Assembly: GCF_006345805.1 (NCBI RefSeq)
Contig: NW_021828656.1
Span: forward strand, 1-7,874
DNA length: 7,874 bases
Source of the DNA: Octopus sinensis
Lineage: Eukaryota
Direction of reading: 5' to 3'
Part shown: one piece after another, positions 7,088 through 7,874 of the stretch
Numbering within the stretch: the stretch's first letter is position 1
Layout: each line of letters begins with the position of its first letter
Position numbers and translations under genes: made by a program
The notes under the pieces: generated by a model
Seen by the model: the letters and a program-made list of their open reading frames with translations, nothing else
Databases searched by the model: none
Told to the model about the DNA's origin: nothing

Positions 7088-7299
7088 GCAAATGACAAAA
7101 AGCGCAAAAAAAAACCCATACACACAGGAGCCAGCCTGGGTTAGGTTCTCGTCTTGAAATGAATCATTTTGTAAGGTTTACGAAGAGTAAAGTGGGGGAG
7201 TTAAACACTTCTTTTGATGTGTTCAAGTGTCTGATAATTATATTGGTTTTCGAGAAAATCTACTATTAAAATGTAATTAAGGACTTAACTGGCGCAGAA

Positions 7300-7576
7300 A
7301 TATATATATATAAATATATAATTAGATATATTTATTTACACACACATACATACACACACACATTCATGCGCGCTCACTCGTACTCACACGCATATATATT
7401 TACAAACGGAACTCTACAATCATTAACAAGAAAATAGTTGCACACACATACGCAGGCACGCGGACGCACATTATATTGCAATTTTTGTATTCCTTATGAA
7501 TATGTGTGTATGTGTATGTGTAGTATGTGAGTGTGTGTGTGTATGCATGTATGTATATATATCTATATATATATAT
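7300..7576. repeat. Interrupted (TA)n/(CA)n/(TG)n microsatellite region
   Basis: Runs at ~7300-7362, ~7440-7470 and ~7500-7576. Confidence 0.9.
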
Positions 7577-7745
7577 TTGAGTAGTTGAATGAATTATTTT
7601 ATTATGGATAATTCGGTTAACCGGTACCTGGGTAGCAAATTCACGTCAGAAAAACACGGTTGAAGCTACATGCCTAGGGCAGAGATCACGTGCTTTCGTG
7701 TGGAAATTTGTGTGTTTTTATAAATACAAATAAATGAAAGAATGG

Positions 7746-7874
7746 AGTTGAACGACGAATTAACAAAATTCCTTTATTTTATTTTCGACATATGTTTCGA
7801 AGGCTGCATATTCCTAATTTCGAAGGAATAAGGGGTGCTTTATGCCGCCTTCTCATCAAATTCGTCGTTCAACT
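7746..7874. repeat. Perfect 16-bp inverted repeat enclosing the hammerhead core; possible Penelope-like element terminus
   Basis: agttgaacgacgaatt (7746-7761) and aattcgtcgttcaact (7859-7874). The right arm runs to the window edge and may be longer. The element assignment is an inference. Confidence 0.8.
7786..7859 (-). ncRNA. Hammerhead ribozyme-like core (type I topology, Penelope-like/minimal class), U at position 3, proximal stem I defective
   Basis: The minus strand reads UUGAUGA-GAAGGC(G)GCAUA...UAUGC(A)GCCUUC-GAAA-CAUAUG-UC. Box 1 matches CUGAUGA at 6/7, stem II has 6+5 bp, GAAA is intact, stem III is the palindrome ACAUAUGU, and the cleavage triplet is GUC (plus 7787-7789). Confidence 0.72.

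Noticed and set aside
6342-7125. Poly-Ser and poly-Val ORFs on the minus strand
   Set aside because: Expected products of (AGT)n/(GTA)n repeats.

Overview
Eukaryotic, non-coding, repeat-dense DNA, most likely an octopus (cephalopod) intron or intergenic region. That inference rests on recalled tRNA-derived SINE families and very high microsatellite content, not a database search. No host protein-coding gene is supported. The window is a stack of nested mobile elements. A ~345-bp flank+SINE unit is triplicated (1039-2654), and its third copy is interrupted by a 5'-truncated antisense RTE-type LINE (2027-2611). Six same-strand SINEs sit head to tail (1213-3394), with two recognisable 13-bp target-site duplications (TSDs). 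Further on are a 26-bp minisatellite carrying ETS-type motifs (3893-4510), a young SINE nested in an old antisense SINE, one end of a hAT-like element, and a TA-flanked Tc1/mariner-type MITE (5380-6131) containing another young SINE. The most interesting signal is a hammerhead-ribozyme core on the minus strand at the right edge (7786-7859). It has a palindromic stem III and a GUC cleavage triplet, as in Penelope-like retroelements, and is enclosed by a perfect 16-bp inverted repeat. Apart from the LINE ORF, the supplied ORFs appear to be repeat artefacts.
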